A stretch of 64,000 nucleotides of DNA, taken from IMG/VR virus record IMGVR_UViG_3300018475_000123. One strand, given 5' to 3'. The notes beneath the pieces are model-generated. The model was not told where the DNA came from. It searched no databases and was given only the letters and a program-made list of their open reading frames with translations. This DNA comes from a virus. Both the position numbers and the translations under genes were made by a program. Below are positions 48,239-57,532 of this stretch, in pieces. Positions within the stretch are counted from its first letter, which is position 1, and each line of letters starts with the position of its first letter.

Positions 48239-48910
48239 TTAAAACGCATCCAGCATGAACTTGAAGGAGTCGGCAAGGATCAGCTTCTTGATGCCTTTGC
48301 CGTTCCAGAAGTTCATGAAGTTTGCAACACCCAGAGCACAGATAACCCACACAGTGGGGGCAACAGACAGGGTGACATTGCAGGCAGAGACAGGAGTTTC
48401 CTCCTTTGCCTCGTCATGAGTGAAGTTCATGGAGGCCAGGAAGTCCTTCTTCATCTTGTAGTCAGTCCAGTCCGCAGCATAATGCTGGGCGTCTTCCAGA
48501 CGGGTTCTGAAGTCAAACATCGCTTTGACATAAGGATTGTCGATATGCTTCTCGACGATCTGCTTGCGCAGTTCGATGTTGTCTACGCAGAGGAAGACAT
48601 AGCCGGAAAGCTGCTGACCAGTCCAGCCCTTTTCCTGGAACTTCAGGTCGTCGGTAATATCGGGATTGATCTCCGACAGGATATCGGCCAGAGCATTGAT
48701 TTTGCTCACACCAACATCTTTCTGTCGGAACATCTGATTGGCCAGATTCTTAGGCTCGACCACATCAAAGTCCCACAGGGTCATCTTGGTCACGCCAGCT
48801 CTGGCGAGAAGGACAGCCACGGTGGAGCCAACGGAACCGCATCCGATGATGTGGATGCGGTCGTCGTTCTTTTCGGGCTGGAAAAAGTCATAGCATTTGG
48901 ACAAATCCAT
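48239..48910 (-). CDS. E1-like adenylyltransferase (ThiF/MoeB/HesA family, minimal, no CxxC)
   Basis: Rossmann IHIIGCGSVGSTVAVLLARAGV...LWDFDVVEPKNLANQ. 223 aa. Confidence 0.65.
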   Translation of the reverse strand: MDLSKCYDFFQPEKNDDRIHIIGCGSVGSTVAVLLARAGVTKMTLWDFDVVEPKNLANQMFRQKDVGVSKINALADILSEINPDITDDLKFQEKGWTGQQLSGYVFLCVDNIELRKQIVEKHIDNPYVKAMFDFRTRLEDAQHYAADWTDYKMKKDFLASMNFTHDEAKEETPVSACNVTLSVAPTVWVICALGVANFMNFWNGKGIKKLILADSFKFMLDAF

Positions 48911-48926
48911 CTTTTACTCTCCTCTC

Positions 48927-49877
48927 TTATCGGTAGCCGAAGGCACTGTAAGGGTTCTCATAGTCGTCATCCTCGTAGTCGAAGATGGACTGCTGGTCGC
49001 AGGCATTAGCTGCAGCGGCACCCTTCCAACCCGCGCCGATCTGCGTCTTAGGCTTTTCCTTCTTATTGTCTTTTTTGCCCTTATCATCCTTTTTGCCGCT
49101 GGCGGGAGTGACAGGGGGCGCTCCGTTTGCAGGAGCGGGAGTGCTGGACAGCGGATTGTATGGCTTGCCGTACTGCTGACCACCATACTGCTGACCGTAC
49201 TGGCTTCCGGTGGTGGGAGCCTGATAACGGTAAACCTTATCCTTTACCATTTCCTTGGCATCCTTAATGAACGCATCGAAACCAACGGCAGCATCATAGA
49301 TTTTGACATCGATGTCACCATCCTCAAACAGAATGTTCTTCTGGAGGTCATAAATCTTGATGTTGCGCTTGAAGGATTTGTTGTAGATCATGAAGATGTA
49401 GAAATCTTCATTGTTGAGCTGAGCCAGAATTTCCTCCTGATGACTCAGGTCAACACCGGAGGGATTGGGAGCCATATTCACATGGGAATGACCTTGCATA
49501 TGAATGTTGTAGAACCGCTCGTCCTCGTCATTTTCCATCAGCCAGATGGCATACTTTTCAGTATCCATCTCGACCGTAGAACCGGTGACTTCCTGCGGAT
49601 AAACGAGAATATCCTGAATGAGATACTCGTGAGCACCCTCGGTATCCAGACGATGGGCTACACCGTGCCACGCCACTTCCTTGCTGAACTCCTGCAGAAG
49701 CATGAGCATCTTCGTCCATGCCTCGGCAGTGAAATAGATAGTTGCTTTCTGCTTGTCGATGCTGAAAGTCTTGGTGAAAGAAATCTTGCCATCGGCCAGC
49801 TTTGCATTCTCCAATGCTTTCTCAAAATCGATGCGACACTGGTCTTTATACTCCTGTGTCATACGAATGATCTTACT
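48927..49877 (-). CDS. JAB/MPN (JAMM) metalloprotease with Gln/Tyr/Gly-rich low-complexity C-terminal tail
   Basis: EVAWHGVAH (conserved Glu) and JAMM HMQGHSHVNMAPNPSGVDLSHQ (HxHx7Sx2D). Tail QYGQQYGGQQYGKPYN. Start trimmed to MSKIIRMTQEYK; the track start is 50003. Confidence 0.65.
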   Translation of the reverse strand, partial: SKIIRMTQEYKDQCRIDFEKALENAKLADGKISFTKTFSIDKQKATIYFTAEAWTKMLMLLQEFSKEVAWHGVAHRLDTEGAHEYLIQDILVYPQEVTGSTVEMDTEKYAIWLMENDEDERFYNIHMQGHSHVNMAPNPSGVDLSHQEEILAQLNNEDFYIFMIYNKSFKRNIKIYDLQKNILFEDGDIDVKIYDAAVGFDAFIKDAKEMVKDKVYRYQAPTTGSQYGQQYGGQQYGKPYNPLSSTPAPANGAPPVTPASGKKDDKGKKDNKKEKPKTQIGAGWKGAAAANACDQQSIFDYEDDDYENPYSAFGYR

Positions 49878-51339
49878 CATGCGCTGCTTCCTCCTGTTCT
49901 TCCGTCCCATTAGCCGCCTCCTGTTCCTCAAGCCACTTGATTGCGGCAGCGGGCTTAACATAGCTGCCGTCCGGCAGTTCGATAATGCTCTTTCCGTTGC
50001 CATAGAGGCTGTTCATGAACCTGCTCATGACGGTAGAGTCGCCCCAGTTCAGGCTCTTGCAGGATGCGATACACTGCTCAAGGGCGCCGATGTAGTTGTT
50101 GTCTTTCAGCAACTGATTGATGGTGCGCTCATAACCACCCATACAGTGGAAACTGTTGATGTGGGTATTGGGCATACAGTTGCCGAACTCTGCCGGAAAT
50201 TCATGGTCAGTCAGTGCGGCAACATTACCGTTCAGGTTAAACCGATAGGCTGCGCAGAACTTGATGCGCAGAGTTTCATCGATGAAGATAGCCTTAATCA
50301 ACTTTGCCATCTTTTCGGGAGCAATGGAGCCTCGTGCGCTGTTGTACACGAAACTTCTGTTGTTGCCGAGGATGCGCTCGACCATGTCCTTGTCGAAGTA
50401 GGAGAGGTAGTCCGCAACGCAGAAGTACATCTCCGTATTGGTGACATGCTCCAGATAGAGCTTGTTGTTGCACAGGAAGTAGTCCATGATCTCGGAGTCT
50501 TCGCCACCCTGTGCAATCTTCTGCTCAAGGCCGAGCAGACGGATGCAGTAGTCACGGCGAACATTGTACTGAGAACCAATAGCCTCATTCAAACGCTGGA
50601 TTTCATTGTCCGTCTGGGTGATCTTGTTGCGAACCTTGTCACACTCGATTTGTTCGTAGCGATGCTCAAACCCGGCAAGCATCTGACGGATTCTCGCCGT
50701 TCTGAAGTCGTACTTCTCGGCAATCTGCCGGATACAGGCTTCATACTTTTCGGATGTGCGCTCCTTGAGAGACTGGATCAGCTCCATCTCAAGCTCGGAG
50801 ATACCCGCCTCGGGGTTGAAATACCAAGGCATAGCAGGTAGGATGGCCATCTGCAGGTAGTGCATTTTCTTGATGTCCATGCTCTCCGTGAACAGAACCA
50901 CATTCTTCTTCGTGGGGTTCACATAGCAGATAACCGGGAAAGACTTCTTAAAAAAGGCCGTCATCTTATCGAGTCGGTAGTAGCCCTCATACCGGTCGGT
51001 AAAGCCCTTTTCGATAATCTTCATGTTGGCAAGATTGCTTTCCTGCGAAGCCTTGAAGTTATGTACGACGAACACGCCGTTGGAGCTGAGGTACATCGAA
51101 CTGGTGATGGCTTTCACGCAGTCACTCACCGGAATGCCGTTGATTTGGCTCGTCTGGTAATTGCTGCTGGTGAACTGCAGGGTGATGCTGTCCTCTGCAC
51201 CGATGCGAGGCGCCAACAAAGCTCTCAGCGTTGCGAGGAACGAAATATCTGACAGGTATGCGTCGCCGTTGATGTTCTGGAAAAACGAGTTGGCAACATC
51301 AGAAGTGAGCGGCGTTTGAGAAATCGTCGTCTTGAACAT
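49873..51339 (-). CDS. hypothetical protein
   Basis: 488 aa, no recognised motif. Confidence 0.35.
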   Translation of the reverse strand: MFKTTISQTPLTSDVANSFFQNINGDAYLSDISFLATLRALLAPRIGAEDSITLQFTSSNYQTSQINGIPVSDCVKAITSSMYLSSNGVFVVHNFKASQESNLANMKIIEKGFTDRYEGYYRLDKMTAFFKKSFPVICYVNPTKKNVVLFTESMDIKKMHYLQMAILPAMPWYFNPEAGISELEMELIQSLKERTSEKYEACIRQIAEKYDFRTARIRQMLAGFEHRYEQIECDKVRNKITQTDNEIQRLNEAIGSQYNVRRDYCIRLLGLEQKIAQGGEDSEIMDYFLCNNKLYLEHVTNTEMYFCVADYLSYFDKDMVERILGNNRSFVYNSARGSIAPEKMAKLIKAIFIDETLRIKFCAAYRFNLNGNVAALTDHEFPAEFGNCMPNTHINSFHCMGGYERTINQLLKDNNYIGALEQCIASCKSLNWGDSTVMSRFMNSLYGNGKSIIELPDGSYVKPAAAIKWLEEQEAANGTEEQEEAAHE

Positions 51340-51364
51340 ATAGACACCTCACTTAATAATCGCT

Positions 51365-51450
51365 TGGTGGGGGATATCGGGGTCGAACCGATACGGTGAA
51401 ACACCAGCGGAACTTAAGTCCGCTGCGTCTGCCAATTCCGCCAATCCCCC
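51365..51450 (-). tRNA. tRNA-Leu (UAA)
   Basis: GGGGGAT..anticodon arm GCGGA-CTTAAGT-TCCGC, long variable arm, TCGG-TTCGACC-CCGA, ATCCCCC-A-CCA. Confidence 0.7.
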
Positions 51451-51502
51451 ATGAAAAAGGCCGCCCCGAAGGGCGGCCATGGGGTTATGTACGCCGGGTG
51501 GC

Positions 51503-51733
51503 TTAGGCGGCGTTGTCCGCCTTAACCACATTCAGCAAGAAGCACTTCTCGGTGATGCCGAAGGAAGCGAAGGTCTTGTCCAGATCGCCGGGGTTCAGGG
51601 AAGAACCATCCAGGTGCATCACGCCACGGGTGTAGTCGATGCCGTTGGCCTCCAGGGCGGCACGCAGGGTGGTGTTCTCGTCGATGATAACGGACTCGCG
51701 CTTGACATTGTTGCCGACAGTAACCTTAATCAT
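51503..51733 (-). CDS. 76-aa protein with ubiquitin-like (beta-grasp) secondary-structure pattern; no terminal Gly-Gly
   Basis: MIKVTVGNNVKRESVIIDENTTLRAALEANGID...; the length and alternation resemble a beta-grasp fold. Weak. Confidence 0.25.
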   Translation of the reverse strand: MIKVTVGNNVKRESVIIDENTTLRAALEANGIDYTRGVMHLDGSSLNPGDLDKTFASFGITEKCFLLNVVKADNAA

Positions 51734-51818
51734 AGTAGTAGTCTCCTTTATTTCATGAAATTTTTTGGATTGATTGATGATTTAGGGGTGGGCAATTACG
51801 CCCACCCCGAGGGGGTCA

Positions 51819-52223
51819 TCACTGAGCGACGGAGATGTTCTCCATCACAGCGTCCTTCTCAGCCTTGACCTCGGCCAGGGCAGCCTCGAACTGAGCCTCA
51901 ACCTTGTTCAGGTTCAGGATGGCGACACCGACAGCGTCAGCCACATACTGCTTGGCATCTGCCACATTGCGGGGCAGAGTCATAGTGATGGTGGCCAGCT
52001 TGGCCTCGTCGTGGGTCACGCTGCCGAAGCTCGCACCGTACTGGGTGATACCGCCCTCACCGGTAGTGGAACCGACCTTGAAGACTTCCTCTTTCTTGCC
52101 GTTCTCACCGGTCTCGTACAGGCACAGAGCCTTGGGACGATACTTCTCCAGCAGCTTGATGTCCTCCAGCTTCTGAGTGGAAGTGATGACGACAGCGTCG
52201 CCTGCGATAGTGATCTTTGCCAT
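51819..52223 (-). CDS. hypothetical protein
   Basis: 134 aa. Confidence 0.3.
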   Translation of the reverse strand: MAKITIAGDAVVITSTQKLEDIKLLEKYRPKALCLYETGENGKKEEVFKVGSTTGEGGITQYGASFGSVTHDEAKLATITMTLPRNVADAKQYVADAVGVAILNLNKVEAQFEAALAEVKAEKDAVMENISVAQ

Positions 52224-52421
52224 GGTTATGTACTCCTTTTATACAAAATGTACTCCATTCAGCCATTCCTTTCGGAAGCCCACCCATACCACGAGGAGGC
52301 GGAGCCGTTATGGGCATAAGAAAGGCCACCCCTTACAGGGTGGCCGAGAAACTTGGTAGGCAATCGGCGTTTTGCCCTCCTGTACGGAGTTGCGAAAACG
52401 CCTCGCTATTAGGTTTTTTGG

Positions 52422-53081
52422 TTAGAAGCTGAAGCCGAAAGACACGCCAATACTGTAGCTGGCGGCGTAGTAGTAGGCGTTGCCGTTGGTGTAGACAAAA
52501 CAGAAACTAGTGCTGTTGCTCGAACGAGGAGAACGCAAGAACCTACCGGTTCTTTGTCCGTTGCAGAGCTTGTACCAAGGCACATCCTCCATACGGTAGT
52601 ATTCATACCATTTACCCTCGCCAGGAGCAGAGTAGATGTTTCTGCCGAACACCTCTTTTTCAGAGGTGACGAAGAACTTGTTCACAGAGCGGGTCAGAGT
52701 GTTGGTGCCGTCGTAAGTTTCTGCTGTCCACTTGACCACAGGTTCCGCAACAGCAATGATGTCATCAGGGATAAGTCTGAAAATATCACCATCAGCATCA
52801 TTCATCTGATGGCACAGGTGGGAGGCACCCCAGTTGCCCTGGTTGGTATCCCGTCTGTTCATATAGTAATACTGCGGCAGACAATCCACCAATTCCCACG
52901 ACAGAGGCAGGATCGAACCATCCTCTGCTTCGTCATGGTTGCGACCAATGATGTGGAACTGAGCAGGGGTTCCGTCCTTGAGTACGACATTCTTATAGTC
53001 ACCAGCTTCAAAAACGAGGGGCGCCATGCTGCCGTATCCCTTGAGCGAGTGCCATGAATAATCGTCTAAGCATCTTGCCAT
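52422..53081 (-). CDS. hypothetical protein with Asn/Tyr/Ser-rich C-terminus ending in alternating aromatics
   Basis: ...RSPRSSNSTSFCFVYTNGNAYYYAASYSIGVSFGFSF. Confidence 0.3.
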   Translation of the reverse strand: MARCLDDYSWHSLKGYGSMAPLVFEAGDYKNVVLKDGTPAQFHIIGRNHDEAEDGSILPLSWELVDCLPQYYYMNRRDTNQGNWGASHLCHQMNDADGDIFRLIPDDIIAVAEPVVKWTAETYDGTNTLTRSVNKFFVTSEKEVFGRNIYSAPGEGKWYEYYRMEDVPWYKLCNGQRTGRFLRSPRSSNSTSFCFVYTNGNAYYYAASYSIGVSFGFSF

Positions 53082-53090
53082 GATTTATCC

Positions 53091-53729
53091 TCACTTTCTG
53101 GTGACTTCCATTGCTCCGGTCGTACCTTCATCATCCACATCGAGATACGGGTACTCCACATATGATTCCTCACCGGTTTCTTCGTCAGTGACAAATGTAG
53201 GGCGATAAACGGAGATCAGATGTTCCTCGGCCAGAAGCATACAGAACGAATCGAGCAGTTCTTCGATGATGTCTTTCCCGTACAGTTCAGTGATTTGGCT
53301 GGGGCTGTTGCAGTTGAGAACGACTTCAAGGAAGTCCTGCATAGCAAATGTGAGGGCATCCTCTCTTTCGTAAATCTCATCTTCCATCATCTGCATTTCC
53401 ATCTCTGCAGTGATTTCTTCTTCGTCCTCTTCGAGATCGGACTGGAAGCTGTACTTGGTATCATGCACAACAACCGGGAACAGATACTTCAGGTAAATCT
53501 GTTTGGTTGTCAGTTCACTGTCAGCCGCAGAGACAGCGCCCTCCTCGTATAGCTTGGTATCTTCCTTATAGACAGACAGGAGGGGGCATCCGTTTTCTTC
53601 GGTCAGATAAACTGAATGACAGGTTTCCTCATTTTCGGCAATCGCCACCATTTCATTTTCCAAGCGTGCCTTGTTCTCTGAGAAGAACGGCCATACTTCT
53701 GTGGGTTTCAGATGGATATTCACGCCCAT
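53091..53729 (-). CDS. hypothetical acidic protein
   Basis: 212 aa, Glu/Asp-rich. Confidence 0.3.
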   Translation of the reverse strand: MGVNIHLKPTEVWPFFSENKARLENEMVAIAENEETCHSVYLTEENGCPLLSVYKEDTKLYEEGAVSAADSELTTKQIYLKYLFPVVVHDTKYSFQSDLEEDEEEITAEMEMQMMEDEIYEREDALTFAMQDFLEVVLNCNSPSQITELYGKDIIEELLDSFCMLLAEEHLISVYRPTFVTDEETGEESYVEYPYLDVDDEGTTGAMEVTRK

Positions 53730-53755
53730 ACTGGCTACCTCCTTAATATTTCAAA

Positions 53756-53831
53756 TGGTCTGAGTGGTGGGACTCGAACCCACGACCTCATGGGCCCAGG
53801 CCATGCGCTCTACCAACTGAGCTACACCCAG
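53756..53831 (-). tRNA. tRNA-Pro (UGG)
   Basis: CTGGGTG..GCTCAGTTGGTAGAGC..CATGG-CCTGGGC-CCATG..GTGGG-TTCGAGT-CCCAC..CACTCAG-A-CCA (C33 unusual, G37). Confidence 0.6.
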
Positions 53832-53965
53832 ATAAAAGTGACCAGCTTTTCGATCCAACCCAATGGGAAAAGGAGTAGTTGTGAGGGGACACAAAGGAGA
53901 GGGGTTTGGGTACTGGTCATGAGGATTCTATGAGTAAAGAGAGAAAAGAGGTTCCCCTTTCGGGG

Positions 53966-54056
53966 TGGCGGAGCAGACTGGACTCGAACCAGCACGCCCT
54001 TTCGGGCTACTCACGGTTTAGCAAACCGCTGCCTTACCAGTTAGGCTTACTGCTCC
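53966..54056 (-). tRNA. tRNA-Ser (GCU)
   Basis: GGAGCAG..anticodon arm GCGGT-TTGCTAA-ACCGT, long variable arm, TTCGAGT T-loop, CTGCTCC-G-CCA. Confidence 0.65.
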
Positions 54057-54294
54057 ATATGTGCGCTTGCCGCTTAGATTGTCATATCGTCTACTTGAGA
54101 GTAAAGGTCTCGTTCGTAAGCAACCGTGTATACCCAGTTGCTCCGCAGTTTTCAGCGACCATTGTTATTCTTCGTGAGGTGATGCGCTACGCTCACATCA
54201 GACGGGAGCTACCCGTCAACCGGGAAATCCCACCTTTCGGACGCATCCTCCAGGCAGTTGCAAGCCCCACAAGCATCTGCAACTTTTAAGGGTC

Positions 54295-54385
54295 TGGCGG
54301 AGGTGGTAGGATTTGAACCCACGGACGGCTCGCACCGTCAACGGTTTTCAAGACCGCCGCCATAAGCCAGACTCGGCCACACCTC
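54295..54385 (-). tRNA. tRNA-Ser (UGA)
   Basis: GGAGGTG..GCCGAGTCTGGC..CGGT-CTTGAAA-ACCG, long variable arm, GTGGG-TTCAAAT-CCTAC, CACCTCC-G-CCA. Confidence 0.65.
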
Positions 54386-54389
54386 CATA

Positions 54390-54668
54390 TTAAACGCCAA
54401 GAAATGCCGCAATATCGGCACTTTCAGCCGTATCGAAATCCGGCATTTCTTTTTCAACAAAACAGTTTCCACACCAAGTGTGGTTCCCGTCGTCAATGTC
54501 GATGCTGTACCCATAAGTACCGAAAGTATCATCCATGTACTTGTGCGTGATTTCTGCTTGTCTGGACACATATTCGTCCATGGTTTCCACCCAACTAAAT
54601 GGGCAGTCTTCGTATGGGGTATCTACGACAGTTACAATGTCGCCAACTTCAAACTCGTTGTAGTTCAT
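54390..54668 (-). CDS. hypothetical protein
   Basis: 92 aa. Confidence 0.3.
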   Translation of the reverse strand: MNYNEFEVGDIVTVVDTPYEDCPFSWVETMDEYVSRQAEITHKYMDDTFGTYGYSIDIDDGNHTWCGNCFVEKEMPDFDTAESADIAAFLGV

Positions 54669-54686
54669 AAGACCACCTCTCAGTTG

Positions 54687-55079
54687 CTATGAAAATAGGA
54701 ACGAACTCAACTCCGCTTCATTAGCGGCTTCAAATTCAGGTGCAGACTCTACGCCATTGCACATGGCAATGAACTCGTCCACCGAGCATAGAAACCACTT
54801 ATCATCATCCGGCATCAGCTCGGGATAATCGTTCTCGAACTCTTCTTCGTAATATGTACGACTGCAATGACAAACCACTTTGTTTGTGGACTCGATATCG
54901 AAACAAGTGCTTTCACGATAATCGCTCCATCTGGGTTCAAGGCCGCTGTCCAGTGGATCATGGGTGTCCCATTGATACCCATTGTCTTTTAGAAACTCGA
55001 TCAGCATCTCCGCTGCTGCTCTGCTGCCTGTTGCGATGACAGCAGTACGGGGAAATACACATCCCTCCAAGTCAATCAC
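54687..55079 (-). CDS. hypothetical protein
   Basis: 130 aa. Confidence 0.3.
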   Translation of the reverse strand: MIDLEGCVFPRTAVIATGSRAAAEMLIEFLKDNGYQWDTHDPLDSGLEPRWSDYRESTCFDIESTNKVVCHCSRTYYEEEFENDYPELMPDDDKWFLCSVDEFIAMCNGVESAPEFEAANEAELSSFLFS

Positions 55080-55113
55080 TCCCCATATCGTTTCTTCTTA
55101 CCAAAGTGTTGTT

Positions 55114-55440
55114 TTATCGGATTCCATCTATCCACACCTCTAAAGTGTGGCGATTGGCAAATTGCTTACAAAGCTCTTCGATAGACACGCCATATGCTTT
55201 TGCATCTTCTTTCATTGATACAAACTGGTCTTTGTACTTCTTAACCAGTTTCTCGACAGCAAGGAAGTGTGCCTTGTCTTTTGGATAGTAGGAGATATCC
55301 TCAAAGCGGACTTCGCTTATATCTCCTGTGTGAAAGATTGCTTTCCAACAATCTTTACAGGGTTCGTCTTCCGGCGATACCATATGATTAACGCAGTTAC
55401 CACAATGAACAACCACGCCGTTTACTTTAATTGGCTTCAT
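55114..55440 (-). CDS. hypothetical Zn-finger protein
   Basis: VHCGNCVNH..PCKDC. Confidence 0.3.
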   Translation of the reverse strand: MKPIKVNGVVVHCGNCVNHMVSPEDEPCKDCWKAIFHTGDISEVRFEDISYYPKDKAHFLAVEKLVKKYKDQFVSMKEDAKAYGVSIEELCKQFANRHTLEVWIDGIR

Positions 55441-55455
55441 TGGCGGTTTTCCTCC

Positions 55456-56268
55456 TTACCTCCAATTTGTTGCAATCTTACCGTCTGGATGGATGATGAT
55501 GTTGGAGTAACCATCCCGATAATCGTTGTGCTGTTGCTGCCACATATCCCCGAGTGTTACTCTGGCGTGTTTACCAGCATAGTCAAATGTCGCATAGACA
55601 AAGAAATCTCCTATGCGGAATGTGCGAACATCGATTTCAGCATCGTTCTGCAGATCATTCCAGATATCTATCGGATAGTCTTTCTGTTCAAGTCCGCTGA
55701 GAAACCGGAACGAAAAAGCATTTGCGTCCATCTTCATATAATCTTTGATGAACACCAGCGTTGGGTTCTCAACTACAGTTTGAACTGTACACCCAGGGAA
55801 GTTTCTGGGATTCGGATGTACAAATTCATTGCAAGACAGGTTTATATGTGCCAATCCATTCAGTTCTGTGCTAAAGCCAGAAGTGTTGATGGAACAAAAG
55901 ACAACATTGCTATGACTTCGGTATGTATCAACGATTTCCGCAATGTGTTCAGGATACAGCCCAGGTTCTCCGCCAGTAATCGTGAGTCTGGCATTGGGGT
56001 GCTCTTCCAAAACACGCTTTAGTGATTCGATTTGTGCAGGAAAATCATTATTCCCGGTCATTGGATGCTGCCGCTCCAAACAGAACGGGCAATGGAATGG
56101 GCACTCTTGCGTTGTGATTAGCTGCACATTGATACGGTAGTACAGAGGGCGACCAAGAGAGGTCTTTTCTTGTCTACTCTCAAGGCGATACTGCAAGTCT
56201 GCATTCATTTCAAACCTTATATCGTCATAAGAGCGAATGAATGGGATGAAGTTCATTTTGCTACTCAC
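55456..56268 (-). CDS. radical SAM enzyme
   Basis: CxxxCxxC cluster QECPFHCPFCLER and SAM-binding TITGGEP. 270 aa. Confidence 0.65.
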   Translation of the reverse strand: MSSKMNFIPFIRSYDDIRFEMNADLQYRLESRQEKTSLGRPLYYRINVQLITTQECPFHCPFCLERQHPMTGNNDFPAQIESLKRVLEEHPNARLTITGGEPGLYPEHIAEIVDTYRSHSNVVFCSINTSGFSTELNGLAHINLSCNEFVHPNPRNFPGCTVQTVVENPTLVFIKDYMKMDANAFSFRFLSGLEQKDYPIDIWNDLQNDAEIDVRTFRIGDFFVYATFDYAGKHARVTLGDMWQQQHNDYRDGYSNIIIHPDGKIATNWR

Positions 56269-56292
56269 TCGTCACTCCTCCTTTACTCTGTT

Positions 56293-56402
56293 TGGTGGGA
56301 AGGGATGGATTTGAACCACCGAAGTATTACTGACCACACGGCGCCCCAAGTCGAAATACAGAGATTTACAGTCCCTTGCTTTGGCCGCTTGCATACCTTC
56401 CC
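56293..56402 (-). tRNA. tRNA-Tyr (GUA)-like gene of 110 nt with an about 39-nt structured variable arm
   Basis: GGGAAGG..anticodon arm AGGGA-CTGTAAA-TCTCT, variable region GTATT...AATAC with an internal stem, GGTGG-TTCAAAT-CCATC, CCTTCCC-A-CCA. Confidence 0.55.
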
Positions 56403-56637
56403 ATATGGTTTACGGGGGTGACGGTTTACCAAACTCCACCGACAGGATGCACTTCGGAAGCGGCGGCCATGTTCTTTCGTGGATATCCCGAAAATGGCGG
56501 CGGCAAAACCCCGCGCCTGGTAGCATTCCCAGACTTGTCCGCACCACTTCGGTTTACCGGCGAACCAACGGTTTTGAGCAGCATTTCCCCGTGATCGTCG
56601 AGGTGCTTTTCTCATCCTCCATGGCTTCCCATGGAGC

Positions 56638-56713
56638 TGGTGGAGATAGTCGGGATCGAACCGGCGACCTCCTGCTTGCAAGGCAGGCGCTCTCCCATCT
56701 GAGCTATATCCCC
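56638..56713 (-). tRNA. tRNA-Ala (UGC)
   Basis: GGGGATA..GCTCAGATGGGAGAGC..CCTGC-CTTGCAA-GCAGG..GCCGG-TTCGATC-CCGAC..TATCTCC-A-CCA; G3-U70 Ala identity pair present. Confidence 0.75.
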
Positions 56714-56978
56714 ATAGATCAGCAGTTTTTGTTCGTCGATGCGCACTAACACGAGGAACTGCCAAACTCGTACAGACACTCGGACTCGAACCAAGGTGAT
56801 GGCCATTCACGCACCTGCTGCCTGCATATCAAGTTGCGACCTAAAACCCATAGGCTACTCAGCCGCTTGATGTCTCCCAAACACTGCTTTCTTGCCTTGG
56901 GCAATTTCGGATGATTGCCCTCCGCAAGAACAAGTCCCGTGTCTCCGATCACACAGGATTCAGACATCGTTCCCTTTC

Positions 56979-57059
56979 TGGTGGGAGAAGTTGGACTCGA
57001 ACCAACATGGCTTTTAACCGGGGTGCGACCCTGCGTCTAACCAATTCCGCCATTCTCCC
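56979..57059 (-). tRNA. tRNA gene; the anticodon arm could not be resolved by hand
   Basis: Acceptor GGGAGAA/TTCTCCC, D-arm GCGG-AATTGGTTAGA-CGC, T-arm GTTGG-TTCGAGT-CCAAC, 3' ACCA. The central 26 nt do not form a canonical 5-bp stem with a 7-nt loop. Confidence 0.5.
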
Positions 57060-57532
57060 ATAGGTGGGTTGGCCGAAGCCAACCCTATATGAAACCAACA
57101 CGCTGCCATCCAGCCAAGTGGAACTCCCTGCGGCCACATATTCACCCGACAAACCAAACCCTTGGGTTTTGTAAATCATTATTCTTTAGCTGCTACATTC
57201 GCAGTCGTCTTTAGAGCCTGAGCTTTGTTCAAGTGAAAAACTTTGAACTGTGAACCTTGCTATTTGAACTTTAACCTTTGAGCCTTACAGCAAAAGACGG
57301 TTTTTCTGACCGTTGGGCGTTGCGCCCTCTTACAATTTCTGTATAGAGCCTGTCTGCCTTTTGTGGCGGCAGGCGTTGTTACAGAAAACACATTTGCAAC
57401 CCAAAGCAAAGGTTTTCATAATAGCTAATCAGGCTATTTTACATCTTCTTTTTATCTTTACTTATCTGTAGATGTTGAAACAGAGAAGGAATATGATTTA
57501 GGGTTTTCGGATGACAGCGAGGTGATTAACGA

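Noticed and set aside
52422-52560. DGR variable region: Asn/Tyr-rich C-terminus (SNSTS..YTNGNAYYYAASYS), encoded with many AAC/TAC codons, 5.5 kb from the RT
   Set aside because: No template-repeat copy was found next to the RT (46980-47374 or 45444-45842) or elsewhere in the window. The fold could equally be a beta-barrel-like C-terminus.
56283-56810. 175-aa minus-strand ORF from the track
   Set aside because: It runs straight through the tRNA-Tyr and tRNA-Ala genes. It is a spurious ORF in a GC-rich tRNA region.
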